Position numbers and translations under genes: made by a program
Part shown: positions 8,965 through 18,638 of the stretch, piece after piece
Layout of the letters: each line of letters begins with the position of its first letter
How positions within the stretch are numbered: the first letter of the stretch is position 1
Notes under the pieces: model-generated
Told to the model about the DNA's origin: nothing
Seen by the model: only the letters and a program-made list of their open reading frames with translations
The model's database searches: none
Assembly: GCA_017549145.1 (NCBI GenBank)
Contig: JAFYVM010000034.1
Span: forward strand, 3,220-67,219
Origin: Bacteroidales bacterium
GTDB lineage: Bacteria; Bacteroidota; Bacteroidia; Bacteroidales; UBA932
DNA: 64,000 nucleotides
Direction: 5' to 3'

Positions 8965-11118
8965 TTAGTCTTCATTCTCCTCTTCGAGGTATGCTTTAAG
9001 AAGCTTCTCCTGAACATCACCAGGAACTGGCTGGTAGTCAGCGAAGTCCATTGTGAATGTTGCGCTACCTGATGAGAGTGAGCTAAGAGTTGTTGAATAA
9101 CGATAGAGCTCAGCAAGTGGAACACGTGCCTGGATTGTATCGAATCCCTTCTCAGTACCCATACCCTCGATAAGAGCACGACGGTTCTGGAGATCTGACA
9201 TACAAGCACCCATGTACTCTGTAGGAGTGATAACCTTCACGTTGTAGATTGGCTCCATGATCTTCGGACCAGCTGCGCGGAATGCCTCCTTGAATGCGTT
9301 ACGAGCTGCAAGAACAAATGAAATTTCATTTGAATCTACTGGATGCATCTTACCATCGTAAACGTAAACGCGGATATCACGTGCGAGTGAACCTGTAAGA
9401 GGACCTTCGCTCATCTTCTCATTGATACCCTTAAGGATAGCTGGCATGAAGCGTGCGTCGATTGCACCACCTACGATACAGTTGTAGTACTCGAGCTTAC
9501 CACCCCAAGGAAGATCAAATTCCTCTTTACCCTTGATGTTGAGAACGAGCTCCTTACCATCAATCTTGAATCTGTTACCTGGATCCTCACCCTCGTGATA
9601 AGGTGCGATAAGAAGGTGAACCTCACCAAACTGTCCTGCACCACCAGACTGCTTCTTGTGACGATAGTCTGCAGTTGCAACCTTAGTGATAGTCTCACGA
9701 TAAGAGATCTTAGGAGCTGAGAATTCGATCTCAAGCTTATTCTCATTCTGGAGTCTCCACTTAAGAGTATTAACATGCTGCTCACCCATACCCTTAAGGA
9801 TTGTCTGCTTCTGCTCCTTGTGGTACTCGATGATGTATGTAGGATCCTCAGCAGCGATCTTAGCCATAGCCTCGCTCACCTTCTCCTCATCCTTAGCATC
9901 CTTAGCCTTAACAGCACAACGATACTTGTAGTTAGGGAACTTAATGTTCAAATATGCGAGATCTGCACCTGGAGCGCAAAGAGTTACGTTAGTCTTTGCT
10001 GCACGAAGCTTAACTGTACATCCGATATCTCCGGCGATAAGGCTTGCAACCTTCTCTTTCTTCTTACCGGCAACAGCATAAATTGCAGAAAGTCTTTCCT
10101 TGTCACCTGTTTCTGGGTTCTCAAGGTCAACACCTTCAGTAAGCTCACCGGACATAACCTTGAAGTAAGCAACTTCACCAAGGTGAGGTTCAACAGCTGT
10201 CTTATAAATGAAGATTGATACAGGAGCATCCTGCTTACACTCAACCTCTTTTCCGTCCTTAGTTACACCAATACGCTCTGCTGGAGAAGCAGCTGTGCGG
10301 ATAGTGAACTCCATAAGACGCTTGACTCCGATATCCTTCTTTGCAGAAAGGCAGAAGATTGGCATTACCTTTCCTTCGCGGATACCCACTCCAAGACCCT
10401 TTCTGATCTCGTCCTCTGAGAGAGAACCCTGCTCAAAGAAAGTCTCCATAAGAGTGTCATCATATTCTGCTGCGCGCTCGATGAGTGCGTTTCTGAGTTC
10501 CTCAGCCTCCTCAAGGCGGTCTGCTGGAATCTCAAGATCCTGGCGCTTGCCAGTGTCACCCTCAAAGCGGTAATATTTCATCTTAAGAACGTCAATAAAA
10601 CCATCGAACTCAGGTCCAACTGTTACAGGATACTGAACTACAACTGGCTTATTTCCGAAAGCTTCTTTCATTGATTCAAGTGTGGTCTCCCAAGAAGCCT
10701 TTTCACCGTCAAGCTGGTTAACAGCGACGATAAGAGGAATACCATACTCTCTTGCATAGCGTGAGTAGATCTGAGTTCCTACCTCAACACCCTGCTGTGC
10801 ATTTACAACAAGCACTCCTGTGTCGCAAACCTTAAATGCAGACACTGCTCCACCTACGAAGTCATCCGCACCCGGAGTGTCAACAATATTGAATTTAGTA
10901 TCCATAAACTCCGCATAGAGAGGAGTTGCATAGATTGATCTCTGGTTAATCTGCTCGATCTCGGCATTGTCAGAAACTGTATTCTTTGCTTCTACGGTAC
11001 CTCTTCTGTCAATAACCTTACCTTCATAAAGCATTGCTTCAGATAATGTGGTTTTACCTGACTTGGTGCTACCAAGCAGTACCACATTACGGATGTTTTG
11101 GGTTTGATAAGCTTTCAT
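8965..11118 (-). CDS. fusA2: Elongation factor G paralog (Bacteroidales EF-G2 type)
   Basis: EF-G architecture (DTPG, KKQSGGAGQFG, DGKMHPVDS, MEPIY) with divergent G1 GSTKSGKTT, G4 NQLD and an insertion in domain IV. Confidence 0.9.
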   Translation of the reverse strand: MKAYQTQNIRNVVLLGSTKSGKTTLSEAMLYEGKVIDRRGTVEAKNTVSDNAEIEQINQRSIYATPLYAEFMDTKFNIVDTPGADDFVGGAVSAFKVCDTGVLVVNAQQGVEVGTQIYSRYAREYGIPLIVAVNQLDGEKASWETTLESMKEAFGNKPVVVQYPVTVGPEFDGFIDVLKMKYYRFEGDTGKRQDLEIPADRLEEAEELRNALIERAAEYDDTLMETFFEQGSLSEDEIRKGLGVGIREGKVMPIFCLSAKKDIGVKRLMEFTIRTAASPAERIGVTKDGKEVECKQDAPVSIFIYKTAVEPHLGEVAYFKVMSGELTEGVDLENPETGDKERLSAIYAVAGKKKEKVASLIAGDIGCTVKLRAAKTNVTLCAPGADLAYLNIKFPNYKYRCAVKAKDAKDEEKVSEAMAKIAAEDPTYIIEYHKEQKQTILKGMGEQHVNTLKWRLQNENKLEIEFSAPKISYRETITKVATADYRHKKQSGGAGQFGEVHLLIAPYHEGEDPGNRFKIDGKELVLNIKGKEEFDLPWGGKLEYYNCIVGGAIDARFMPAILKGINEKMSEGPLTGSLARDIRVYVYDGKMHPVDSNEISFVLAARNAFKEAFRAAGPKIMEPIYNVKVITPTEYMGACMSDLQNRRALIEGMGTEKGFDTIQARVPLAELYRYSTTLSSLSSGSATFTMDFADYQPVPGDVQEKLLKAYLEEENED

Positions 11119-11200
11119 CAGTTTGTGTTTTATTGTGTTTGTAATTATGTTTCTTTCAGCATCTTAAAAGACGCATCCTCGCAAATCTAACAAAATAATA

Positions 11201-11392
11201 TCAGAATATCAATATTTTGCCCTCTGATTTTAGAGCGTCATACACCGAAATACCAAAGTATGCATAAAAGAGGTTATCCAGTTCTGTCTCAGAGATGTCT
11301 TCCTGCAAGCAGAGTTTTGAGAGGGGGTCTCCGGATTGAGAAGGGTCAAGCAGTCGGATGCAAAGCTGATCGAATCGCTCAAGTTTTGTCAT
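11201..11392 (-). CDS. Small (63 aa) protein resembling a single AraC-type HTH
   Basis: LSKLCLQEDISETELDNLFYAYFGISV resembles the first AraC HTH; divergent from an XRE gene; start at ATG 11392. Confidence 0.55.
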   Translation of the reverse strand: MTKLERFDQLCIRLLDPSQSGDPLSKLCLQEDISETELDNLFYAYFGISVYDALKSEGKILIF

Positions 11393-11601
11393 AATCAATT
11401 TTATTAAGTTGCCCCAAAGCTCCATTTTAGTTGTTGAAAAAACAACAGAATGTGGCGTTTTTCAGTCCGACACCCTGAACATTTTTCTTTTTTTGATGAT
11501 GATTTAATCTTTTTTAACAACCAGAGGTTGTTTTTCACAACTTCCCGTTGTTTTTTTAGCGCTCTATTATCTCATACTTTTGCGTGAAAATAGATCATGC
11601 T

Positions 11602-11988
11602 ATGGATGAGAGTTTCATCAAAAACAACATAAATACATATAGAAAGAGCAAAGATCTTACTCAGATAGAAGCAGCCCAAGCCCTCAACATTTCCACTAAT
11701 GCATATAGGAAGATAGAAAAGGGCAATACCGCTATTATCAATTCACACGTCAGAGAATTGGCCGACCTGTTTGAAATGTCACTCGAGGAGCTCTTCCTCG
11801 GCTACTCACCATCTGCAACATTAGATACGACCATCAATGAGGTTAAAGCAGAATACGGAAGTCAGGTAACAAGGTTGGAAAACCGTATCGAATATCTTGA
11901 AAAACTAAACGAATCCCTCGAGGAAACCATCGCCAGCAAGAACGAAATCATTACAATGCTCAAAAAAATGCTTGGTGAGCAAAAATAG
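11602..11988 (+). CDS. XRE-family HTH transcriptional regulator with C-terminal coiled coil
   Basis: RKSKDLTQIEAAQALNISTNAYRKIEKG HTH_3 motif. TACTTTTG promoter at 11575-11582 favours ATG 11602. Confidence 0.88.
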   Translation: MDESFIKNNINTYRKSKDLTQIEAAQALNISTNAYRKIEKGNTAIINSHVRELADLFEMSLEELFLGYSPSATLDTTINEVKAEYGSQVTRLENRIEYLEKLNESLEETIASKNEIITMLKKMLGEQK

Positions 11989-12006
11989 AATGCGTATTTT
12001 TGCAGA

Positions 12007-12618
12007 ATGCGCGTAGAACCACACCTTAAGAATTTCATGAATCCCGACCTAGTCGAGGCCGGATGTGACGAAGCAGGAAGAGGCCCGCTGGCTGGTCCTG
12101 TATTCGCCGCTGCCGTAATTCTACCAAAGGATTTCTACCATCCCCTACTCAACGACTCTAAGAAAATGACCGAAAAGGCCAGAGAAGAGTTGCGCCCTAT
12201 AATCGAGCGCGAGGCTATTGCCTGGGCTGTGGTTGAGGTCAGCGCGGAGGAAATCGATACTATAAACATATTAAATGCGTCGATTGCCGGCATGCAGCGG
12301 GCTGTGCGCAAACTGAGTGTCAAACCGGAATTCCTGCTGATAGACGGCAACAAATTCAAGCCTTTTGACGATTATAAATATCAGTGCGTTGTAAAGGGAG
12401 ATGCAACATACGCATCAATTGCGGCAGCCTCTGTCCTTGCAAAGACGTATAGGGACGAATATATGAGGAAGCTCGCAAAGGAGTTCCCTCAGTACGGATG
12501 GGAAAGGAACATGGGATATCCGACCAAAGAACACGTGGAGGCGATTATCCGACACGGATACACTCCTCACCACCGCAAAAGTTTTCACTTGAAGCAGCTG
12601 GAACCAACCTTATTTTAA
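12007..12618 (+). CDS. rnhB: Ribonuclease HII
   Basis: [43 protein letters not shown]. The start could be ATG 12037. Confidence 0.97.
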   Translation: MRVEPHLKNFMNPDLVEAGCDEAGRGPLAGPVFAAAVILPKDFYHPLLNDSKKMTEKAREELRPIIEREAIAWAVVEVSAEEIDTINILNASIAGMQRAVRKLSVKPEFLLIDGNKFKPFDDYKYQCVVKGDATYASIAAASVLAKTYRDEYMRKLAKEFPQYGWERNMGYPTKEHVEAIIRHGYTPHHRKSFHLKQLEPTLF

Positions 12619-12620
12619 AA

Positions 12621-12649
12621 AGATCCTTCGCTCCGCTCAGGATGACAAG
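12621..12649 (+). repeat. REP-like palindromic repeat ('CHPERSEGS' family), intergenic copy
   Basis: AGATCCTTCGCTCCGCTCAGGATGACAAG; a copy at 20052-20080 differs at one base. Confidence 0.85.
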
Positions 12650-12687
12650 CGAAAGAACTCTCTAAGAAGATATTAATTAAATATATT

Positions 12688-14844
12688 ATGAAGAAGATTT
12701 TATGTGTTGTGACGCTGTTGGCAGTGTTCGCCGGAAGCGTAAGAGCAGATGAAGGAATGTGGATGCTTCCTCTTCTGCAGAAAATGAACGGAAAGGCAAT
12801 GAAGCAGCTTGGCTGCAAGCTTACTCCAAAGGAAATCTATGACATCAATAATTCATCATTGAAGGATGCTATCGTACAGTTCGGTGGCGGATGTACTGGT
12901 GAGATCATCTCTGGTCAGGGACTTCTCGTAACCAACCACCACTGCGGCTACGGAAATATCCAGAAGCTCAGTAGCGTTGAGCACGACTATCTTAAGGATG
13001 GCTATTGGGCAATGAACCGCAACGAGGAGCTTCCATGCGAGGGCCTTAGCGTCAAGTTCCTTGAGTCAATGACTGACATTACTTCAGTTATCGAGAAGGC
13101 AAAGAAAGAGGCTGAGAAGACATACCGCAAAGAGGAAAACAAGGAGCAGCTCATCGCCGAGGCTGTAAACAAGGCGAAAGATGCCCTCGTTGAAGAGGCA
13201 GAGAAGGCTAATCCGCATTGCGACGCTATGATTGAGTCCTTCTATGATACAAACGTATATTACCTTATTATATATAAGACTTACAGAGACGTTCGTTTTG
13301 TGGGTGCACCACCTTCATCAATCGGTAAATTCGGTGCTGACACAGACAACTGGATGTGGCCACGTCACACTGGTGACTTCTCTATGTTCCGCGTGTATGC
13401 AGACGTAAACAACAACCCTGCAGACTACTCTAAGGATAACGTTCCTTATATTCCTAAGCAGTTCCTTAAGATTTCTCTTGCTGAGAGAAAGGAAGGCGAC
13501 TTCACAATGATCATGGGTTATCCAGGTAGAACAACCCGTTTCCAGACTTCACCTGAGCTCAAACATCAGATCGAGACTAACGACATCCGTATCGCTGCCC
13601 GCACAGTGCGCCAGAACCAGATGTTGGAGGATATGCTTGCTGATCCTAAGGTAAAGATTCAGTATGCAAGCAAGTACTCAGGTTCATCAAACGGCTGGAA
13701 GAAGTGGCAGGGAATGAAACTCGCGTTCGAGAAGCTTGACATCATTGAGAGAGCTGAGCAAGAGGAGCTTGCTTTCATCAATTGGGTAAAGGCAGACAAG
13801 AAGAGAAATGAGCTTTATGGCAACGCCGTAAATGATATCAGAACAAGCGTATATGCTATGAGAGATGCAGATCTCGCATTCACTCTTGCTTATGAGGCAC
13901 TCTATTGCCTTGAGCTTCCTATGTTCGCCGGCACATTTGCCAGCACATTCAACAGAAGCTTGAAAGAAAGTCCTGACACAACTGCGGCATTGCAGAATGC
14001 ATATAATGCAATCGCTCCTAAGTATAAGGATTACTCTGCAGGCACTGACAACAAGGTGATTAAGGCTATGCTTAAGTTCTACCGTGAGAATGCTCAGCAG
14101 AAGAACTATCCAAAGGGTATCGCTGAAGATTTCAGCACTCTTGATATCGATGCTTGGACTGACTCTCTTTTCCAGAAGAGCTCTTTCGTGAGCTTGGAGA
14201 AGCTTCAGGCTGCCATCGACGAGAAGGGAGCAAAAGTCGTTGCTGACCCAGCGCTTGCTGCATTCATTTCATTCTCTGCAGAGGTCTTCGGCCCTTATGG
14301 ACAGATTGCCAAGCACAAGGAGAACCTTGCAAAGGCACGTCAGGCATACACTGCTGGTCTTCTTGAGTGGAAGAAGGGCGAGCCTTCGTACCCAGATGCA
14401 AACTTCACAATGCGTCTTACTTATGGAACAGTAAAGGGTTATTCTCCAAAGGACGGTGTTCTCTATAACTATTACACAACTCTTAAGGGAGTTATGGAGA
14501 AAGAGGATCCAAACAACTGGGAGTTTGTTGTTCCAGAAAGACTTAAGGAGCTTTATAAGTTCCAGGATTACGGACAGTATGCAATGGCTGACGGAAGAAT
14601 GCCGGTAGCGTTCCTTAGCAACAACGACATCACAGGAGGAAACTCTGGTAGCCCGATCATGAACGCAAACGGTGAGCTTATCGGACTTGCATTCGATGGC
14701 AACTGGGAGTCAATGAGTAGCGACGTGATGTTCGAGCCAGAGCTTCAGAGATGTATCAATGTAGACATTCGTTATGTATTGTTCATTGTTGAGAAGTTCG
14801 GTGGAGCGAAGTGGTTGGTTGACGAAATGGAAATTGTTAAATAA
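12688..14844 (+). CDS. S46 family dipeptidyl peptidase (DPP7-type)
   Basis: ADEGMW, TNHHC, catalytic TGGNSGSP. FDGNWE has Gly as in DPP7, not the Arg of DPP11. Confidence 0.92.
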   Translation: MKKILCVVTLLAVFAGSVRADEGMWMLPLLQKMNGKAMKQLGCKLTPKEIYDINNSSLKDAIVQFGGGCTGEIISGQGLLVTNHHCGYGNIQKLSSVEHDYLKDGYWAMNRNEELPCEGLSVKFLESMTDITSVIEKAKKEAEKTYRKEENKEQLIAEAVNKAKDALVEEAEKANPHCDAMIESFYDTNVYYLIIYKTYRDVRFVGAPPSSIGKFGADTDNWMWPRHTGDFSMFRVYADVNNNPADYSKDNVPYIPKQFLKISLAERKEGDFTMIMGYPGRTTRFQTSPELKHQIETNDIRIAARTVRQNQMLEDMLADPKVKIQYASKYSGSSNGWKKWQGMKLAFEKLDIIERAEQEELAFINWVKADKKRNELYGNAVNDIRTSVYAMRDADLAFTLAYEALYCLELPMFAGTFASTFNRSLKESPDTTAALQNAYNAIAPKYKDYSAGTDNKVIKAMLKFYRENAQQKNYPKGIAEDFSTLDIDAWTDSLFQKSSFVSLEKLQAAIDEKGAKVVADPALAAFISFSAEVFGPYGQIAKHKENLAKARQAYTAGLLEWKKGEPSYPDANFTMRLTYGTVKGYSPKDGVLYNYYTTLKGVMEKEDPNNWEFVVPERLKELYKFQDYGQYAMADGRMPVAFLSNNDITGGNSGSPIMNANGELIGLAFDGNWESMSSDVMFEPELQRCINVDIRYVLFIVEKFGGAKWLVDEMEIVK

Positions 14845-15905
14845 TGGAAATTACAGAAATTAAGAACTGGCTCAGCGAGGTTGAACATCCGGCAAAGGCA
14901 GACAAGAACCTCGTGGAGCTGGGAATGATAGAAAATATCGAGGTGGCGGAAAATAAGATTTCCGTCACTCTCGGTTTTGCAAAACATCGCGACCCTCTTG
15001 CAGAGTATCTGATTGGTAGCGCAAAAGCTGCTATTATCAGAAATGCTCCTGCCGGTACTGAGGTTGAGGTAAAATCTATTGTCAAGGAAGCTGCTCCTGC
15101 GAAGAAAAAGCCAGGACTTGACCTTGGATTCGAAGAAGTAGCAAATGTAAAGCACATTATAGGTATCGCTTCTGGAAAAGGAGGAGTGGGTAAATCTACT
15201 GTTGCCGTCAATATGGCTGTTGCACTTGCTCGTCTTGGCTTCAAGGTGGGACTTGCTGATGCAGACGTATATGGACCTTCGGTACCTAAGATGACGGCTT
15301 CTGAAGGGCAAATGCCAGATGCCATTCAGGAGGGTGAGAAGGAGGTTATTATGCCATTTGAAAAATATGGCGTAAAATGGATGTCAATCGGTTATTTTGC
15401 CAAGCCGGAACAGGCACTTATCTGGAGAGGTCCGATGGCATGTAATGCTCTCAAACAGATGATCCTTCAAGTTCGTTGGGGCGAACTCGACTTCCTTTTG
15501 ATCGACATGCCTCCAGGAACAGGAGACATCCACATCAGCCTTGTACACGACATCCCAATGGAGGGGGCTGTAATTGTCAGCACTCCTCAAGATGTGGCGC
15601 TTGCAGATGTTGAGAAGGGTGTAAACATGTTCCGCAACGAAAGTGTCAATAAGCCAATATTCGGACTTGTAGAGAATATGGCCTGGTTCACACCTGAGGA
15701 GCATCCGGAAGAGAAGTACTATATTTTCGGAAAGGGTGGAGCCCTCAAGATGGCGGAGAAATATAATATTCCACTACTTGGCCAGATTCCTATCGTACAG
15801 AGCATCCGCGAAGGCGGAGACTGCGGAGAACCTGCAGCACTCTCATCTCGTCCTGACGGACTTGCATTTGTCGCGCTAGCAGAAAAATTAGCAGCAACGC
15901 TATAA
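14844..15905 (+). CDS. Mrp/NBP35 (ApbC) Fe-S cluster carrier ATPase
   Basis: SGKGGVGKST, DADVYGPS, WRGPM, DMPPGTGD, VENMA. Confidence 0.94.
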   Translation: MEITEIKNWLSEVEHPAKADKNLVELGMIENIEVAENKISVTLGFAKHRDPLAEYLIGSAKAAIIRNAPAGTEVEVKSIVKEAAPAKKKPGLDLGFEEVANVKHIIGIASGKGGVGKSTVAVNMAVALARLGFKVGLADADVYGPSVPKMTASEGQMPDAIQEGEKEVIMPFEKYGVKWMSIGYFAKPEQALIWRGPMACNALKQMILQVRWGELDFLLIDMPPGTGDIHISLVHDIPMEGAVIVSTPQDVALADVEKGVNMFRNESVNKPIFGLVENMAWFTPEEHPEEKYYIFGKGGALKMAEKYNIPLLGQIPIVQSIREGGDCGEPAALSSRPDGLAFVALAEKLAATL

Positions 15906-15911
15906 ACACAT

Positions 15912-17120
15912 ATGTCACGTTCAAGAGTCAAAATTGCAGCTGTTGGACTTGGTAACAGAACCTGTAAATACTTGCATTATATAGCAGAGCACCAGGATGT
16001 TGCTGAGCTCGTCGCTGTGATTGACATTGACGAGACTCGTCTTGATCAGGTGAAGGGGAAATTCTCCCTTTCGCCTGAATCTTGTTTTAAGACACTAGAA
16101 GAGCTTGCTGATTCCGGGATAGAAGTAGATGCCTGCATTATTGGTACTCCTGACATCCATCATTATGAGATGACATTGAAGTCACTTCATTATGGATGGC
16201 ATGTGCTCTTGGAAAAGCCTATGGCACAGACACAGGCAGAGTGTGAGGAAATAGTACGCGTCAGTAAACAGACAGGAAAGCTTGTTTCCATATGCTATGT
16301 GCTCAGGTATCATCCATATTTCATAAAGCTGAAACAACTCACTGAATCGCCGCAGGTGGGAAGGATTCTCTCTGTGCAACATACAGAAAAGGTTGGAAGG
16401 GATCGTCTTTCTCATACCTTTATCAGAGGTCCATGGAATAAGACTGAAATGAATACCTCTGTCTTCTTTACCAAGTGCTGCCACGATGTTGACTTTGTAT
16501 TATGGCTTATCGGAGAGGATGTAGCTAGCATTGATGTTGCTAAGGGCAAAAAGCTCTTTACTTCAGACAATGCACCGGAAGGAGTTGCAATCAGATGTGT
16601 AAATTGTCCACTAGAGATATCATGTAAATACTCTGCTGTTGATCTATACCTGAGAAGAAAAGACTGGATTAAAGGATTCGCTGCATTGCAAGGAGAGTGT
16701 GAAGACGACATGATCAGGAGAATTCTAAATGAGTCTCGATATGGCAGATGCGTATATCATTGTCCAGAAAATGATGTGACCTCTCATCAGTGTATAAATC
16801 TGGAAATGACTTCAGGAATTAGGGCCGGCATTACTATGGATTGTACTTCTGAAGAGTCCAATCGAATTACTATCATCGAGTGTGAGAATGCTATTATCTC
16901 AGGAGATGAGAGTATTATAGAAGTAAACTATCGAAATGGGCAGCCTACTGAAACATATGATTTCGAGTGGGCCAAGGAACAGAAATTCCACGCAGGTGCC
17001 GACCTACTTATTATAAAAGAGTTTATCGAGGCTGTCAGCGAGGGCCATCTTCAGACCAGAACTCCAAGCACCACCTCTCTCATCAGCCACAACATCTGCT
17101 TCCTCGCAGAAATGCAGTGA
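15912..17120 (+). CDS. Gfo/Idh/MocA family oxidoreductase
   Basis: VGLGNR Rossmann motif, LLEKPMA, KCCHDVD and a Cys cluster RCVNC...C.YS. Confidence 0.9.
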   Translation: MSRSRVKIAAVGLGNRTCKYLHYIAEHQDVAELVAVIDIDETRLDQVKGKFSLSPESCFKTLEELADSGIEVDACIIGTPDIHHYEMTLKSLHYGWHVLLEKPMAQTQAECEEIVRVSKQTGKLVSICYVLRYHPYFIKLKQLTESPQVGRILSVQHTEKVGRDRLSHTFIRGPWNKTEMNTSVFFTKCCHDVDFVLWLIGEDVASIDVAKGKKLFTSDNAPEGVAIRCVNCPLEISCKYSAVDLYLRRKDWIKGFAALQGECEDDMIRRILNESRYGRCVYHCPENDVTSHQCINLEMTSGIRAGITMDCTSEESNRITIIECENAIISGDESIIEVNYRNGQPTETYDFEWAKEQKFHAGADLLIIKEFIEAVSEGHLQTRTPSTTSLISHNICFLAEMQ

Positions 17121-17160
17121 TAGCGTGAAATATAAATCGCTGACTAACAACTATATACAG

Positions 17161-17195
17161 AAACTGCGTGCCGCCATTGGGGAGCACGCAGTTTT
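17161..17195. terminator. Terminator between convergent oxidoreductase and tnaA
   Basis: AAACTGCGTGC...GCACGCAGTTTT inverted repeat. Confidence 0.65.
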
Positions 17196-17246
17196 CGTAT
17201 CTAATTGACCACAAAGGGTTTACATTTTGCGGTTCTGTTCTTTTGA

Positions 17247-18620
17247 TTAGAGTCTCTCGAGCTTCACAGTGAAGTGGCGCATGAGTTCAGTCTCCCAAAC
17301 GATCTTCACACCGCGAGTGATTTCGTGACGACGGTCGTAAACGTTCTTGAGAGCAGCTGCAATCACATCCATGTGGTTGTTTGTATAAACACGGCGAGCG
17401 ATACAGAGACGGAGAAGGTCAAGACCACCAAAACGGTTCTCACGAGTTACAGGGTCACGGTCAGCAAGGATATATCCGATCTCGCAGCCACGTACACCAG
17501 CCTCAATATAAAGCTCGATTGCAAGAGTCTGTGCAGGGAACTCTTCCTTAGGAATCTGATCGAGAACGCGGTCTGCATCTACGAAGAGAGCGTGACCACC
17601 GACTGGACGCTGATAAGGAATTCCATACTCATCAAGCTTAGCAGCAAGATACTGCACCTGACGGATACGAGTTTCGATTATCTCAAGCTCAGTGTTCTCA
17701 TCGAGACCAACTGCAAGAGCAGCCATATCACGACCGTTCATACCACCATAAGTAAGGAAGCCCTCGAATGGGATACAGAATCTCTTGGCACCCTCATACC
17801 AATCCTCATGAGCTGTTGCGATGAAACCTCCCATATTCACGAGACCATCCTTCTTAGATGACATTGTCATACCATCAGCGTATGAGAACATCTCCTTACA
17901 GATCTCCTTGATTGACTTGTCAGCATAACCCTCCTCACGAGTGCGGATGAAATATGCATTCTCTACAAAACGAGCAGAGTCAAATACCACGCGCTTACCA
18001 TACTTGTCAGCGATAGCACGTACCTCGCGAAGGTTCTGCATTGATACAGGCTGTCCACCTGCTGTGTTATTTGTAATTGTTACGATGATGAAAGGAACTT
18101 TGTCAGCATTCTCTGCAAGCACCTTCTCAAGTTTCTTAGGATCTACGTTACCCTTGAAAGGAACCTCAAGCTGAGTATCCTTTGCCTCATCAACAGTACA
18201 GTCAACAGCAAATGCTTTGCGGCTCTCGATATGACCCTTTGTTGTATCAAAGTGTGAGTTACCTGGAACGATAGCACCAGCAGTTACAAGGTGGCTGAAG
18301 AGGACATTCTCAGCAGCACGACCCTGGTGAGTAGGGATTATATACTCAAAACCTGTGATTCTGGTAATAGTCTCCTTGAGCTGGAAGAAAGAAGCCGATC
18401 CTGCATAGCTCTCATCACCCATCATCATGGCAGCCCACTGACGGTCGCTCATTGCGCCTGTACCAGAGTCTGTAAGACAGTCAATATAAACCTGATCTGA
18501 CTTTAGGTTAAAGAGATTATAGTGTGCATCCTTAATCCACTGCTCGCGCTCAGCACGTGTACTGATTCGAAGCGGCTCAACCATTTTGATTTTCCACGCT
18601 TCTGCAAAAGGTAATTCCAT
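17247..18620 (-). CDS. tnaA: Tryptophanase
   Basis: LTDSGT, THQGRAAE, PLP-lysine region MSSKKD. FDTT (Asp) and RHFT (His) are tryptophanase-type, whereas tyrosine phenol-lyase has FTTT/RFFT. Confidence 0.92.
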   Translation of the reverse strand: MELPFAEAWKIKMVEPLRISTRAEREQWIKDAHYNLFNLKSDQVYIDCLTDSGTGAMSDRQWAAMMMGDESYAGSASFFQLKETITRITGFEYIIPTHQGRAAENVLFSHLVTAGAIVPGNSHFDTTKGHIESRKAFAVDCTVDEAKDTQLEVPFKGNVDPKKLEKVLAENADKVPFIIVTITNNTAGGQPVSMQNLREVRAIADKYGKRVVFDSARFVENAYFIRTREEGYADKSIKEICKEMFSYADGMTMSSKKDGLVNMGGFIATAHEDWYEGAKRFCIPFEGFLTYGGMNGRDMAALAVGLDENTELEIIETRIRQVQYLAAKLDEYGIPYQRPVGGHALFVDADRVLDQIPKEEFPAQTLAIELYIEAGVRGCEIGYILADRDPVTRENRFGGLDLLRLCIARRVYTNNHMDVIAAALKNVYDRRHEITRGVKIVWETELMRHFTVKLERL

Positions 18621-18638
18621 AATTATATGCTTTTAATG

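Noticed and set aside
18621-18638. TnaC-like leader peptide for tnaA
   Set aside because: Only 18 bp separate tnaA from the upstream PHP gene.
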